Shown: one piece after another, positions 8,667 through 18,178 of the stretch
How the letters are laid out: each line of letters begins with the position of its first letter
How positions within the stretch are numbered: position 1 is the first letter of the stretch
NCBI GenBank assembly: GCA_050246315.1
Contig: JBFWWG010000001.1
Location: 288,001 to 352,000 of the forward strand
Origin: Nitrospiraceae bacterium
GTDB taxonomy: Bacteria; Nitrospirota; Nitrospiria; Nitrospirales; Nitrospiraceae
Direction: 5' to 3'
DNA length: 64,000 nt
Program-made: the position numbers and the translations under genes
Notes under the pieces: generated by a model
The model's database searches: none
Seen by the model: the letters and a program-made list of their open reading frames with translations, nothing else
Told to the model about the DNA's origin: nothing

Positions 8667-10871
8667 ATGTCTCTTCAACCCTGGATCACATGCCTTCAAA
8701 CCGGCATCATCATCCGCCATCTTGAGACTCGTTATCCTGAACAGGCTTGCAAGGTCGATTATCGACGCGTTCTGGCGGCGGCCGAATCGTTTCGTGAGAT
8801 CCAGGACACCCGTGCCTTTCTGATCGATTCGAGCAACTGGATTCCCCACTCGGCGTTCCGTGAACTGATCAAGAGCTGCGAGTTGGCAACCGGCGAGAAA
8901 GACTTCGCCTATCTGGCCGCCCTGGCCTACTACGACACCGTCAAGACTCAGCCCCCGACCCTTACCGAAACGATCGCCATTCTCCTCAACGACGTTGAAT
9001 CGGTCTTTCGCTCCATCTGCGACTGGGCCTTGGCCTATACGAACTACCTTCAGCTTCAGTCCTTCGTGCGTCCGGATGAAGCTCGGACAGTCCATATCCT
9101 CTCCCGCTACCACTCTGCCGTCGATCCGATCCTCGGAAACGCGCGTCTCCTGCAAGGCAACCTCGAAGGCATCACCAAACTTGATCCGACCGTTGAGACG
9201 GTCGACTGCGAGACGATCTATTCGCAAGTCCGCTTGGAAACACTGGTTGAGGAATTCGGCGATGCCTACTCTATGACGACAGACCGCGATCAGATCACGG
9301 TGGCCCGTCGCTCGACGGGCAAGGTCGTCATTATCGGACGGATGGTTCCGCTCATCCAATCTCCCATCTCGATCAAGCGAAGTTCCGCGCCCGTGCCACC
9401 GCCTCCAGCCGACCAAATCGTGGCGAACCAGGAGCCGGGTGATGTTCTCTCGCTCTGGACCCTCGACAGGGCTCATCGCTCCGGGAAACGCCCTTCCTCC
9501 ACAGCACGGGAGAGTTGCAGCGCCATCCGCATCGAACGAGGGGGGACCCTCACCCAGGGATCACTCAGCACGACCGTCAAAGCCGGAGCGATCTACAACG
9601 CGCCCTACACCCATTATAGACTCCGCTGGACCGCTCACTCTGGCCATGACATTGATCCGTCGGCCGTGGGCCGCGCTCACCTATTGACCGACCGCCGCGC
9701 TTTTGCCCATTTGCTCTTCACGCATTTGAAGAATCTTCAGGCCACCCATCGCCATACCCTCACCATGTTCCTGCGCAACGTTGAACTCACCCAGGAAAAC
9801 GTTCAACTGCGAGAGGAACTGGCGGCATCCCAAGCCACGGGCGGGATCACCGGAAAGAGTCGCGTCATAAAGGATCTTGTCGCCATCATACAGACGATTG
9901 CGCCCTCCGACACAACGGTGCTGATCACCGGAGAAACCGGCACCGGCAAGGAGTTGGCCGCCCGCTTGATCCATCAGTTGAGTCAGCGCAACGACCGCCG
10001 TTTCGTCGCCGTCAATTGCGGCGCGCTCCCCGAAACACTGCTGGAGAGCGAACTGTTCGGCCACGAAAAGGGCTCATTTACCGGCGCAGTCTCGCAGAAG
10101 AAAGGAAAGTTCGAACTCGCCGAGGGCGGCACCCTGTTTCTGGACGAGATCGGCGACATTTCCCCGGCCGTCCAGGTGAAATTGTTGCGAGCCTTACAAG
10201 AGAAAGAGTTTCAACGAGTGGGAGGCCATGCCGACCTCAAGGCGGATGTCCGTATTCTCGCCGCCACGAATCGAGATCTGGACGAGTTGATCGAACAAAA
10301 GCAGTTCCGGCGTGACCTCTATTATCGCCTCAACGTCATCCAGATCTATGTGCCCTCGTTGCGCGAGCGGACCGAGGACATCGCGGAGTTGGCCGATCAT
10401 TTCGCGAAACGATTTGCCGCGCGCGCCGGCAAGTCGCTCAAGGGACTGACCCCCGAAGCCTTACAGCTCTGCCTCGCTTATAAGTGGCCGGGCAATGTCC
10501 GGGAACTGGAGAACGTGATGGAACGAGCCGTGACTCTTGCACCGAAACAGACCCTGTGGATTATCCCGGACCTGCTCCCGGCAAGCATCCGGCAATCGGC
10601 TTCTCGCGAAGTGCCCACGATGGACGTGGCCGAGTTTGTGGATCGCCTCGAGTGGTCGGCGCTGTTGCATACCCTCAGGAAGCACGGGTCGCTGTCCGCT
10701 CTGCTGAACCAGGTCGAATGGGCCATCACTCGTCGCACGGTTGCCGAGTATGGCGGGAACAAGAGCCGCGCCGCGAAAGTGCTGGGACGGACCTATCGGT
10801 GGCTGCGGAAACTCGAGACCGCCATGGCTGATCGTGAATCGTCAGATCCTTCCCCGGAATCACGTCCCTAG
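8667..10871 (+). CDS. sigma-54 dependent transcriptional activator with long uncharacterised N-terminal sensor region
   Basis: GETGTGKE, ESELFGHEKGSFTGA, FLDEIG, WPGNVRELEN, C-terminal Fis-type HTH GNKSRAAKVLG. Confidence 0.93.
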   Translation: MSLQPWITCLQTGIIIRHLETRYPEQACKVDYRRVLAAAESFREIQDTRAFLIDSSNWIPHSAFRELIKSCELATGEKDFAYLAALAYYDTVKTQPPTLTETIAILLNDVESVFRSICDWALAYTNYLQLQSFVRPDEARTVHILSRYHSAVDPILGNARLLQGNLEGITKLDPTVETVDCETIYSQVRLETLVEEFGDAYSMTTDRDQITVARRSTGKVVIIGRMVPLIQSPISIKRSSAPVPPPPADQIVANQEPGDVLSLWTLDRAHRSGKRPSSTARESCSAIRIERGGTLTQGSLSTTVKAGAIYNAPYTHYRLRWTAHSGHDIDPSAVGRAHLLTDRRAFAHLLFTHLKNLQATHRHTLTMFLRNVELTQENVQLREELAASQATGGITGKSRVIKDLVAIIQTIAPSDTTVLITGETGTGKELAARLIHQLSQRNDRRFVAVNCGALPETLLESELFGHEKGSFTGAVSQKKGKFELAEGGTLFLDEIGDISPAVQVKLLRALQEKEFQRVGGHADLKADVRILAATNRDLDELIEQKQFRRDLYYRLNVIQIYVPSLRERTEDIAELADHFAKRFAARAGKSLKGLTPEALQLCLAYKWPGNVRELENVMERAVTLAPKQTLWIIPDLLPASIRQSASREVPTMDVAEFVDRLEWSALLHTLRKHGSLSALLNQVEWAITRRTVAEYGGNKSRAAKVLGRTYRWLRKLETAMADRESSDPSPESRP

Positions 10872-11053
10872 GAGCCTGTCCGACATTGACCTTTCTACTG
10901 CGACAAACGATGCACCAGCATCTACGTCGTTCTCGGCGCAGAAAACTCCTCACCGTATTCCAGCGAATACGCTTCCAGTTTTTCCGCACCTGCGGCCTCG
11001 TATCTGCCGGCGCCTCATTCGTCTCATAACGAACGGCAATGTCGGACAGGCTC
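10872..11053. mobile_element. MITE type A (182 bp)
   Basis: Perfect 17-bp TIR GAGCCTGTCCGACATTG / CAATGTCGGACAGGCTC flanked by CTAG on both sides (10868-10871, 11054-11057). Confidence 0.85.
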
Positions 11054-11057
11054 CTAG

Positions 11058-11294
11058 CCCACATTATTCATGATCGCTTCTCCTGCAATCGCCGACACGC
11101 CGCTGCGACCGGCTTGGATGCCGGTTTCCCGCATCCAGCGGGCAGGCTCGTCGCTCGGTCGGTCCACATACTGTTTCAGGTATGCCTCCCTTCCTCGCGA
11201 CTCCGCGCGAGGGTACCCGTTGCTCTTCCCATGCAATGGGTCCTCCGCCTGGGGTCTTGGCGGTTTCGTCACGAACCGTCATGAATAATGTGGG
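11058..11294. mobile_element. MITE type B (237 bp)
   Basis: 16-bp TIR CCCACATTATTCATGA / TCATGAATAATGTGGG, flanked by CTAG and CAAG; related copies at ~15675-15742 and 19497-19640. Confidence 0.8.
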
Positions 11295-11347
11295 CAAGCC
11301 GTTTCATTGGCCCAACACCTCCCACTCAGCCGTTTCCTCCTCATGAT

Positions 11348-11380
11348 GAACGGTCGTTCGTTCCCTCTGAACGGCCGTTC
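11348..11380 (+). promoter_or_regulatory. putative upstream activator site 1 (tandem GAAC-N4-GTTC)
   Basis: GAACGGTCGTTC-N9-GAACGGCCGTTC, 147 bp before the -24 GG. Confidence 0.65.
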
Positions 11381-11525
11381 GCAAGATTTCTGAGACCGGT
11401 CCCCACTCTTTGCCGTTCTCTCTCCAACTCAGTGCCCCTGGGTGCTCCAAGATAGGACTCCTTCAGCCGCTCCACGGCGGCGATGCGAAACTGCCGCGGT
11501 TCCCGTCGCTGACGATAGCTGTCGG

Positions 11526-11541
11526 TGGCACGGGAGTTGAT
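11526..11541 (+). promoter_or_regulatory. sigma-54 (-24/-12) promoter
   Basis: TGGCACGGGAGTTGAT (GG-N10-GA, one mismatch at -12). Confidence 0.6.
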
Positions 11542-11615
11542 TGACTCGATCGCCGTCGGTGCGGTGATCCAGAACGATGCGCTCGATCTCACAGCTATCA
11601 CACAGGAGGTGCCCC

Positions 11616-12122
11616 ATGAGGAGGCAAGCGATATGGCTTCAAATCTTGCTGACGATGCTGTTCTCCCAAGGATGCAGCCTGTATCTGGCAGCCAGTCAAC
11701 CGCCCAAAGTCGACGTCGGCGCCTTCAGTGCCGGTGGAATGCCGCGGGATGCCGTGGTTGCCAAACTCGGCGCCCCAACGTCCTCGGTGAAACATGAGGA
11801 TGGAACACGCACCGAGCTGTACGAGTTTTACGAGGGGTCCGCGACAGGCTGGAAGGTAGGCCGTGCCACTTTCAACTTGATCGCTGACATCTTCACGCTC
11901 GGCTTATGGGAACTCATCGCTTCGCCGGCCGAGCTGATGATCAAAGGAGATAAGGTATCAGCCCGTGCTGAGTTCGATGATCGTGATCGGCTCACAGAGT
12001 TTGTGCCTTTAGGAGATGCGGATCGAGGCAGAATGGAAAGCAACGAAAAGACGCGCGCCGAGATGACGGAACAATCGCCGACGGTGGAGGTACGCGGTCC
12101 AGGAGACCAAGGGCCAAACTAG
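11616..12122 (+). CDS. hypothetical lipoprotein
   Basis: RBS AGGAGG; MRRQAIWLQILLTMLFSQG-C lipobox; SmpA/BamE-like RDAVVAKLGAP segment. Confidence 0.75.
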   Translation: MRRQAIWLQILLTMLFSQGCSLYLAASQPPKVDVGAFSAGGMPRDAVVAKLGAPTSSVKHEDGTRTELYEFYEGSATGWKVGRATFNLIADIFTLGLWELIASPAELMIKGDKVSARAEFDDRDRLTEFVPLGDADRGRMESNEKTRAEMTEQSPTVEVRGPGDQGPN

Positions 12123-12148
12123 TTTGGACCTGCGATCGCTTGAAGCAA

Positions 12149-12181
12149 GAACGGCGGTTCGGCGACGCTGAACCGCCGTTC
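12149..12181 (+). promoter_or_regulatory. putative upstream activator site 2 (also a perfect hairpin, may terminate the upstream gene)
   Basis: GAACGGCGGTTC-N9-GAACCGCCGTTC, 146 bp before the -24 GG. Confidence 0.6.
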
Positions 12182-12325
12182 ATAGCTTCAGCCCGAGCGG
12201 TCACGGCCCGAGGATTCCGGCTTCGACCTCCATCACACCCGCCATATTCTGCGCGTCTCTGCCGATTCAACAACTTCCACGTCAAAATCGAGACGACGCG
12301 CCATGAACCTCCTTTGTGAGCATGC

Positions 12326-12341
12326 CGGCATGCAACCTGCT
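12326..12341 (+). promoter_or_regulatory. sigma-54 (-24/-12) promoter
   Basis: CGGCATGCAACCTGCT (GG-N10-GC). Confidence 0.55.
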
Positions 12342-12391
12342 GAAGCACGCGTTGACCAGGTTGCCGATGCATTCACTCCACAGGAGGCTCC

Positions 12392-13243
12392 ATGTTCACC
12401 ATGGGCTGTAAACCAACAAACGTGTTCCTGTCGGAACTGATGATGGTCGCCGGGCAGTCCGGTTGTGCGTTCACACATCAGAGGCCAACAGGTTCGGCAA
12501 CACCGGTGGATCAACCGGAAACCATCGGTCTGGTGCTGATCCTGGCTTCGGAGGAGAACAGCCTCTCCGTACCAGAGGTGAGGCAAACACAGGGTGCCGC
12601 AGTCAGAGGCATGGTACAGGGCTTTGGGCAGGGTTTGGTGTAGGGCTTGTGGTGCGGCCTCTATTTTTATGTTTGCTCACCGGCCCTTGCTGTCGGTGGT
12701 GCGGTCCTCGGCGGAGGCATCGGCTGGAGCTATGAGGCCTTGACGACAGAGCCGTCGGAGGCGGTGTCCGCACTGAACCGCGTGCTCGTCGACCTCAACG
12801 TTGATGAGGTTGTCCTGGATCATCTCAGCTCCCAGGCAAGAGGGCAGGGCTACTCACTCACTTCTCTCCCGCCTCAACCTGGACTTGCGTCAATCGACGT
12901 CTCCGAATATCGACCCCTGGCGAAACGGGGAATCGGTACGGTCCTTGAGGTATGCAGGCCGACGATTGAGCTCCAGAAAGGAGTCACACGCCGCCGACTG
13001 GTCATGTCCGTGAATATCAGGTTGATTCGCACAGCGGATGGCATGGTATTCGGTGTAAGCCGCCTCGCCGATGACGAAGGCGGGACGAGGACGCTCGCCG
13101 CCTGGGCCGACCACGATGCCGCTGCGTTTCGTGAGGAGATCAGCCGGGCCGCACGGCGCCTTGCGCAGCAAATCGTCAAAGAGGTTGGTGTCGAACGAAC
13201 ATTATCGCCGGTTCGGAGCTCCGAGGTAGCCAGTACCCGCTGA
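12392..13243 (+). pseudogene. lipoprotein-like gene split by an in-frame TAG at 12641-12643
   Basis: ORFs 12392-12643 and 12647-13243 share a frame; RBS AGGAGG; context QGFGQGLV*GLWCG suggests CAG>TAG. Confidence 0.7.
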
Positions 13244-13391
13244 TTGAGATGGTTTTGGCCGTGGCGCCAAGCAGAGGATTCTCCTCGCAGCCGGATCAGA
13301 ATGGCCGAGGCTGAATGGGCGCGCCTTTCCATGACGGCCGGACAAAGGGACTGCCCCACCACAAGTCTCGCCACATTTTTCCCACTTCCCT

Positions 13392-13424
13392 GAACGAGAC
13401 GACTCTCCCTATGAATGACGGTTC
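13392..13424 (+). promoter_or_regulatory. putative upstream activator site 3 (degenerate)
   Basis: GAACGAGACGAC-N9-GAATGACGGTTC, 144 bp before the -24 GG. Confidence 0.5.
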
Positions 13425-13566
13425 ATAGTTTCCTCAGACTTTATCGAGCATCTGTGCCATAACGGCGCCTCCCAACCTCCTCATCTTCCTCGCTGAGCCC
13501 GCTAAGGCACCGGACATGAAGCGGTCTGCCGGAACAGATTTCCGCTGATCAGCATCCCGTCCGACC

Positions 13567-13582
13567 GGGCACGGTGCTTGCC
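13567..13582 (+). promoter_or_regulatory. sigma-54 (-24/-12) promoter
   Basis: GGGCACGGTGCTTGCC (GG-N10-GC, near consensus). Confidence 0.65.
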
Positions 13583-13623
13583 CATGTCCGTCGGCAGGCG
13601 ATGTCTCTCACCCAAGGGAGGAC

Positions 13624-15537
13624 ATGATGAAAAGGCACTGGCTGGCCACTCTCACATTCCTACTGGCAACCACCGCGGCGGTTCATCTTCTATCGGCCGC
13701 CGAACAAATCGAGCAGCATTGTTTGGGATTGCTATGGTGTACGGAACGGGCGGGTGAATCCGTGTCAACGGACGGGTTGCTCTGGCTTTATACGTCTGAA
13801 GAACGAGCCACCTACTCTCGATTGGCATTCCGTCCTCTCTATTCGATGGAGGAAGACCCGACCCGCGACCTTCTGCGTCGCAGCGTCTTGTGGCCGCTCG
13901 GCACGTACGAGCGCGACGGCGACCGCGTACGGTCCCATGTTTTTCCTCTTTTCTGGCACGCACAAGATGCTGGGACGACATTCACCTTCACCGTCCCGTT
14001 CTATCTCAAGGCGATCGACGGGGACAGTTCATGGCACCATCTGTTCCCCTTGTTCAGTCGCCACGTTGTCGGTGACTACTATGCGAGAAACTTCTGGCTC
14101 GGGCCTCTGTTGATGACGACCAGCGACACCCGTACCGACCTGTCGCGATGGGATTTCTTGTTCCCTCTCGGCCACCATAGTGAGGATCTTTCATTCTCCC
14201 AGACACGGTTTGCCCCGCTGTATTGGGCCGGCGAAGACCGGACGAACGGCGATTCCTATCGTTATGTGCTTCCGTTCTACGGTTCGTCGGAAAGCGAGAC
14301 ACAGCGATACCATTTCGTTTTTCCCTTCTACGGCAGGCTCGATGACTCGTCTGCTCAGGTCAACCGGTTCTCCCTGTTGGGCCTCCCGCCGATGAAGGGC
14401 TTCACTACGGCGCCTTCCCTATCGCTGGTCGAACATGCGACCACGGCCACCGGGACCAGTCATCGCATCTTCCCACTGTACCGCTATCTCGTGGAATCGA
14501 CTGACGACCGCACCTTCGATGTCCTTCTGCTGTACAGTCACCAGACCACCTCGTCCGCCAGCACCGATCGGTTCTTCCCGTTGTATCGTTATGAGCACAA
14601 TGGCGATGACCAAACTCATGAGTTCGGTCTGCTCGGCTATCGCGAGGCGTCTTGGTTTCGCTATCAGGACAGCCCGAGCGGGAATCAGCATCGACTCCTG
14701 GGCCTGTACAGTTACGACCGGAGCCGAGAAGACTCTTGGCAGTTCTCGCTACTAGGCTATCAAGCGGGATCTCTTTACATCCATCGCAGCCAGGCCGATC
14801 TCACCCAAGATCGACTGGTGCCGTTCCATGATTACGTCCGAACTGGTGAGACCAGTTCGCTTTCACTGCTGGGCATCTCCGAAGTCTCGCTCTATAGGAA
14901 CGAGTCCGGTCCTTCGCTCCGTCGTCATCGGCTCTTTCCTCTCTATACCTTCCATCATCACTCGTCCCTAGCGACCACTCGAGCGAGCGTCCTCTTCGCG
15001 TACCAACACGAGGAATCACCCGCTCAATACATCGACCGTTTGATCCCGCTTTGGCAATATGACCAGCGGTATGACCAAGACAAGGCCAGGCTGAATGCCC
15101 TGGGGATCGGACCCTTTTCCCTCTATGAACATGTCACCCAATCGTCGGGAACCTCTGACCGGTTCTTCCCTTTCTACAAGTACGTTTCGAACATCGAGAC
15201 CGATGACGTGGAATTGGCCATCCTTTGGCCATTGGCAGAGTATCGAAGCCGAGAGGACACCGTCACGTCGGCCAGTCTCTTATGGTGGCTGGCTTCATAT
15301 GAGCGTTCTGATGCGGAGCATGCTGATTTTCATCTGCTCGGCGGTCCGACAATGGCGCTGGTCCGCCGAGTGGTCTCTCCGCGCGAGTCGGTGTTCGAAT
15401 TGAATCCGGTCATTCCGCTGTACCGCTACCGACACGAAGCTGATGGAGATTCGTCATGGGACATCCTTGGCGGCGTCTTGGGGATGGAGACGACACCTCA
15501 AGAGACACGATTTGAACTCTTCTGGATGTCTCTCTAA
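13624..15537 (+). CDS. secreted hypothetical protein with many hhP(L/F)Y and LLG repeats
   Basis: RBS GGAGG, signal peptide MMKRHWLATLTFLLATTAAVHLLSA, >20 short aromatic repeats. Confidence 0.85.
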   Translation: MMKRHWLATLTFLLATTAAVHLLSAAEQIEQHCLGLLWCTERAGESVSTDGLLWLYTSEERATYSRLAFRPLYSMEEDPTRDLLRRSVLWPLGTYERDGDRVRSHVFPLFWHAQDAGTTFTFTVPFYLKAIDGDSSWHHLFPLFSRHVVGDYYARNFWLGPLLMTTSDTRTDLSRWDFLFPLGHHSEDLSFSQTRFAPLYWAGEDRTNGDSYRYVLPFYGSSESETQRYHFVFPFYGRLDDSSAQVNRFSLLGLPPMKGFTTAPSLSLVEHATTATGTSHRIFPLYRYLVESTDDRTFDVLLLYSHQTTSSASTDRFFPLYRYEHNGDDQTHEFGLLGYREASWFRYQDSPSGNQHRLLGLYSYDRSREDSWQFSLLGYQAGSLYIHRSQADLTQDRLVPFHDYVRTGETSSLSLLGISEVSLYRNESGPSLRRHRLFPLYTFHHHSSLATTRASVLFAYQHEESPAQYIDRLIPLWQYDQRYDQDKARLNALGIGPFSLYEHVTQSSGTSDRFFPFYKYVSNIETDDVELAILWPLAEYRSREDTVTSASLLWWLASYERSDAEHADFHLLGGPTMALVRRVVSPRESVFELNPVIPLYRYRHEADGDSSWDILGGVLGMETTPQETRFELFWMSL

Positions 15538-15674
15538 GCAACCGCCGCCACAGTTCCGCTTGTCCGGTCCGACGCGATGGACGAGCTGTCTAGAGCCTCG
15601 CCCACTGCAGGAGAGTAATGGACACCCCGATTCGATGCCGGGCACCCAATGCGGTTTGCTCCAAGCCACGGGTC

Positions 15675-15742
15675 GAACATGCAATGGGTCCAACGCGCGG
15701 CATCTCAACGGTTTCGTCGCGCATTCTCGTGAATAATGCGGG
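15675..15742. mobile_element. MITE type B remnant (one end)
   Basis: CATGCAATGGGTCC...CGGTTTCGTC...GTGAATAATGCGGG followed by CTAG, matches the right end of 11058-11294. Confidence 0.6.
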
Positions 15743-15790
15743 CTAGCAGTTTCGATCACGGGAACAGTTTCTGAGCTTGCCTAGTCCGTC

Positions 15791-16099
15791 CTACCGATTC
15801 TCGGGCGGAATCGTTCTGATCTTTGCTGAAAACTTCACGCGTTCCGCCGCGCCGACCGGCCTGTGTTTGACGGTTGTGCTTACCGGGTCCTTCCCAAGAT
15901 AGTTGTCACCCTTCCAGTTCTTTGACGGTCTGATAGGTCTAGGGACGAAGCCACCCCCACAGTTCGGGCAGACATTGCCCAGCACGTGATCGACACAGGC
16001 GGCGCAGAACGTACATTCATAAGAGCAGATTCTTGCCTCGGTCGAGTTGGGCGGCAGGGCCTTGTCGCAAGGCTCGCAAGTCGGTCTGAGGTCCAGCAC
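15791..16099 (-). CDS. DUF1272 family Cys-rich protein
   Basis: LRPTCEPCDKALPP, ICSYECTFCAAC, CPNCGGGFVPRP. Confidence 0.85.
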   Translation of the reverse strand: MLDLRPTCEPCDKALPPNSTEARICSYECTFCAACVDHVLGNVCPNCGGGFVPRPIRPSKNWKGDNYLGKDPVSTTVKHRPVGAAERVKFSAKIRTIPPENR

Positions 16100-16110
16100 G
16101 AGCTTTCCTT

Positions 16111-17118
16111 TTATCGTTTCGCCATATGGCGATCATTCGTCGATGCTCGGCTGCGAGCCGATTTTGATTGAGTGCGAAATCGAGCCGGCGGGAGGCCGAA
16201 CTCGCGTTTGAAGGCACGGTTGAAAGACGGCTCTGATTCATAGCCAACCTCAGCGGCGATCTCGTTCACGCCACGGCTCGTGGAGGTGAGCAGTTGCGCG
16301 CCAAGTCGGAGCCGCCATCCGGTGAGGTAGGCGATGGGCGTCTCCGAGAGATACCGTTGAAACCGCTCCGCCAAGACGGACCGTGAGATGCCGACCTCGT
16401 TCGCGAGTGAGGCAATCGTCCAGGGATGAGCGGGTTTCCGATGCAAGAGCGCCAGAGCTTTTCCGACTTCCGGGTCGCGAACACCGGCCAACCATCCGGT
16501 CTGTTCCTCCGGAAGCTGCGCGATATATCGTCGCAGCGCTTCGATGAACAAGGCTTCGGACAACTTGGCGAGCACGGCCTCGCCGCCAGGGCCGGAGACT
16601 CCGGGATGGTTGACCGAATAACGAAGGGTGTCTTCCAGCCATTGTCCCGATGCGTTGTCCCGGATATTGATCGTGACGATCGGAGGCAGCCCGGCCAAGA
16701 ACACTCGACTCAGTTGGGGGTCCAATGTCAGGTAGCCGCAGATCAGTTTCGTGAGTTCTCCGCCTCCGCCACATTGTGACAGCAACCGTCGATCGGCAAG
16801 GGCCAATTGGAGTTGCTTGGAGCTGTCGACCGGTGTCACTGGCGGACCATTCCCCATCAGATGCGCGTCACCGTGAGGAAACATGACGATGTCTCCGGCC
16901 ACCAGGGAGGTCGGACGACCATCCTGCCCGATGCGAGCATGGGCGCGCCCCTCGGTAATGAGATGAAAAATAATCACATGGCTGGAATGGGCGGACAGAT
17001 ATGACGCCATGGTAGGGGAGTCCGGTTCCTGCATGCACCATGGCGAGGAGTATTCGCCATTGAAGAACAGCGCCCCGTCGAGTTTCACGGCTTTCAACAC
17101 TTCCGAGAGCACATCCAT
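16111..17118 (-). CDS. AraC family transcriptional regulator (cupin N-terminal domain)
   Basis: MDVLSEVL start, HPWTIASLA..SRS..F, VGYESEPSFNRAFKREFG. Confidence 0.92.
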   Translation of the reverse strand: MDVLSEVLKAVKLDGALFFNGEYSSPWCMQEPDSPTMASYLSAHSSHVIIFHLITEGRAHARIGQDGRPTSLVAGDIVMFPHGDAHLMGNGPPVTPVDSSKQLQLALADRRLLSQCGGGGELTKLICGYLTLDPQLSRVFLAGLPPIVTINIRDNASGQWLEDTLRYSVNHPGVSGPGGEAVLAKLSEALFIEALRRYIAQLPEEQTGWLAGVRDPEVGKALALLHRKPAHPWTIASLANEVGISRSVLAERFQRYLSETPIAYLTGWRLRLGAQLLTSTSRGVNEIAAEVGYESEPSFNRAFKREFGLPPARFRTQSKSARSRASTNDRHMAKR

Positions 17119-17317
17119 CGCGGGCCCCTGGCAGGCAAGACACGTCTGCTAAACGATCCGGACGCTCGGCAAAACGATCACGTAGCTTAGCATCCTCCTG
17201 ATAAGAGAGCCAGACGCGCGGATAAGACGCCGGACGGTCGACTTCGTATAGTACACGCGGAAACGACGCGGCATACAGAGCCACGGTGTCAACCACCCAC
17301 TTCAAGGAGGCAGAGTT

Positions 17318-18139
17318 ATGGTTATCCAGGCGGCGCTCCCGGAAACGAACAGCCTCAAGGCTCGACTGAAACAGATCTGGACGGCCGGGGATTACGATCG
17401 GTTCTCGCGTTACCTCGAAGGCAGCGCCAGAGAATTTTATGAACGACTCGCCATTGCTCCCGGCTCCAGGTTGCTGGACATCGGTTGCGGCTCCGGTCAG
17501 CTCGCGCTCATGGCAGCCAAGGACGGGGTGGCCGTCACCGGCGTGGATATCGCCGGCAATTTGGTGGAGCGGGCAAGGGCGCGCGCAAGAGCCGAAGGAT
17601 TGACGGCTCACTTCGAAGAAGCCGATGCGGAGGCGCTCCCATTCGAGGACGCGAGCTTCGATGTCGTGGCGAGCCTCATCGGCGCCATGTTCGCGCCACG
17701 GCCTGAACTCGTCGCGAAGGAACTGCTGCGCGTCTGTGTGCCGGGTGGAACCATTGCGATGGCGAATTGGACGCCGCAGGGTTTCGTCGGCCAGATGTTC
17801 AAGGCCGTCTCGAAATTCATCGCGCCGTCCGGTATGCCGTCGCCCACTTTGTGGGGTGATCCGCACACGGTTCGAGAGCGACTCGGAAAGGGATTATCCG
17901 ACCTGCAGATGACCAGGCGGACCTACACGTTCAGCTATCCGTTTCCCCCCGCGGAAGTGGTCGAGCTCTTCCGCCTCTACTATGGACCGACCAACCAGGC
18001 CTTCGCCGAGATCGATGCCGACGATCAGGACCGGCTCCGCAGGGAACTGGTCGAACTCTGGGCTTCACAAAACCGGGGCGGACGCGACACGACGACGGTC
18101 TTCGCAGAATATCTCGAAGTGATCGGCATTCGGGCGTAA
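17318..18139 (+). CDS. class I SAM-dependent methyltransferase
   Basis: LLDIGCGSG, DAEALPFEDASFDVV; RBS AAGGAGG; divergent from AraC. Confidence 0.92.
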   Translation: MVIQAALPETNSLKARLKQIWTAGDYDRFSRYLEGSAREFYERLAIAPGSRLLDIGCGSGQLALMAAKDGVAVTGVDIAGNLVERARARARAEGLTAHFEEADAEALPFEDASFDVVASLIGAMFAPRPELVAKELLRVCVPGGTIAMANWTPQGFVGQMFKAVSKFIAPSGMPSPTLWGDPHTVRERLGKGLSDLQMTRRTYTFSYPFPPAEVVELFRLYYGPTNQAFAEIDADDQDRLRRELVELWASQNRGGRDTTTVFAEYLEVIGIRA

Positions 18140-18178
18140 CCGACGCTGACAACAGCGCCGAACTAGAGGAGGGACACC

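Noticed and set aside
11054..11272. 72-aa ORF (EAYLKQYVDRPS...)
   Set aside because: Lies within MITE type B and ends at its target site; probably spurious
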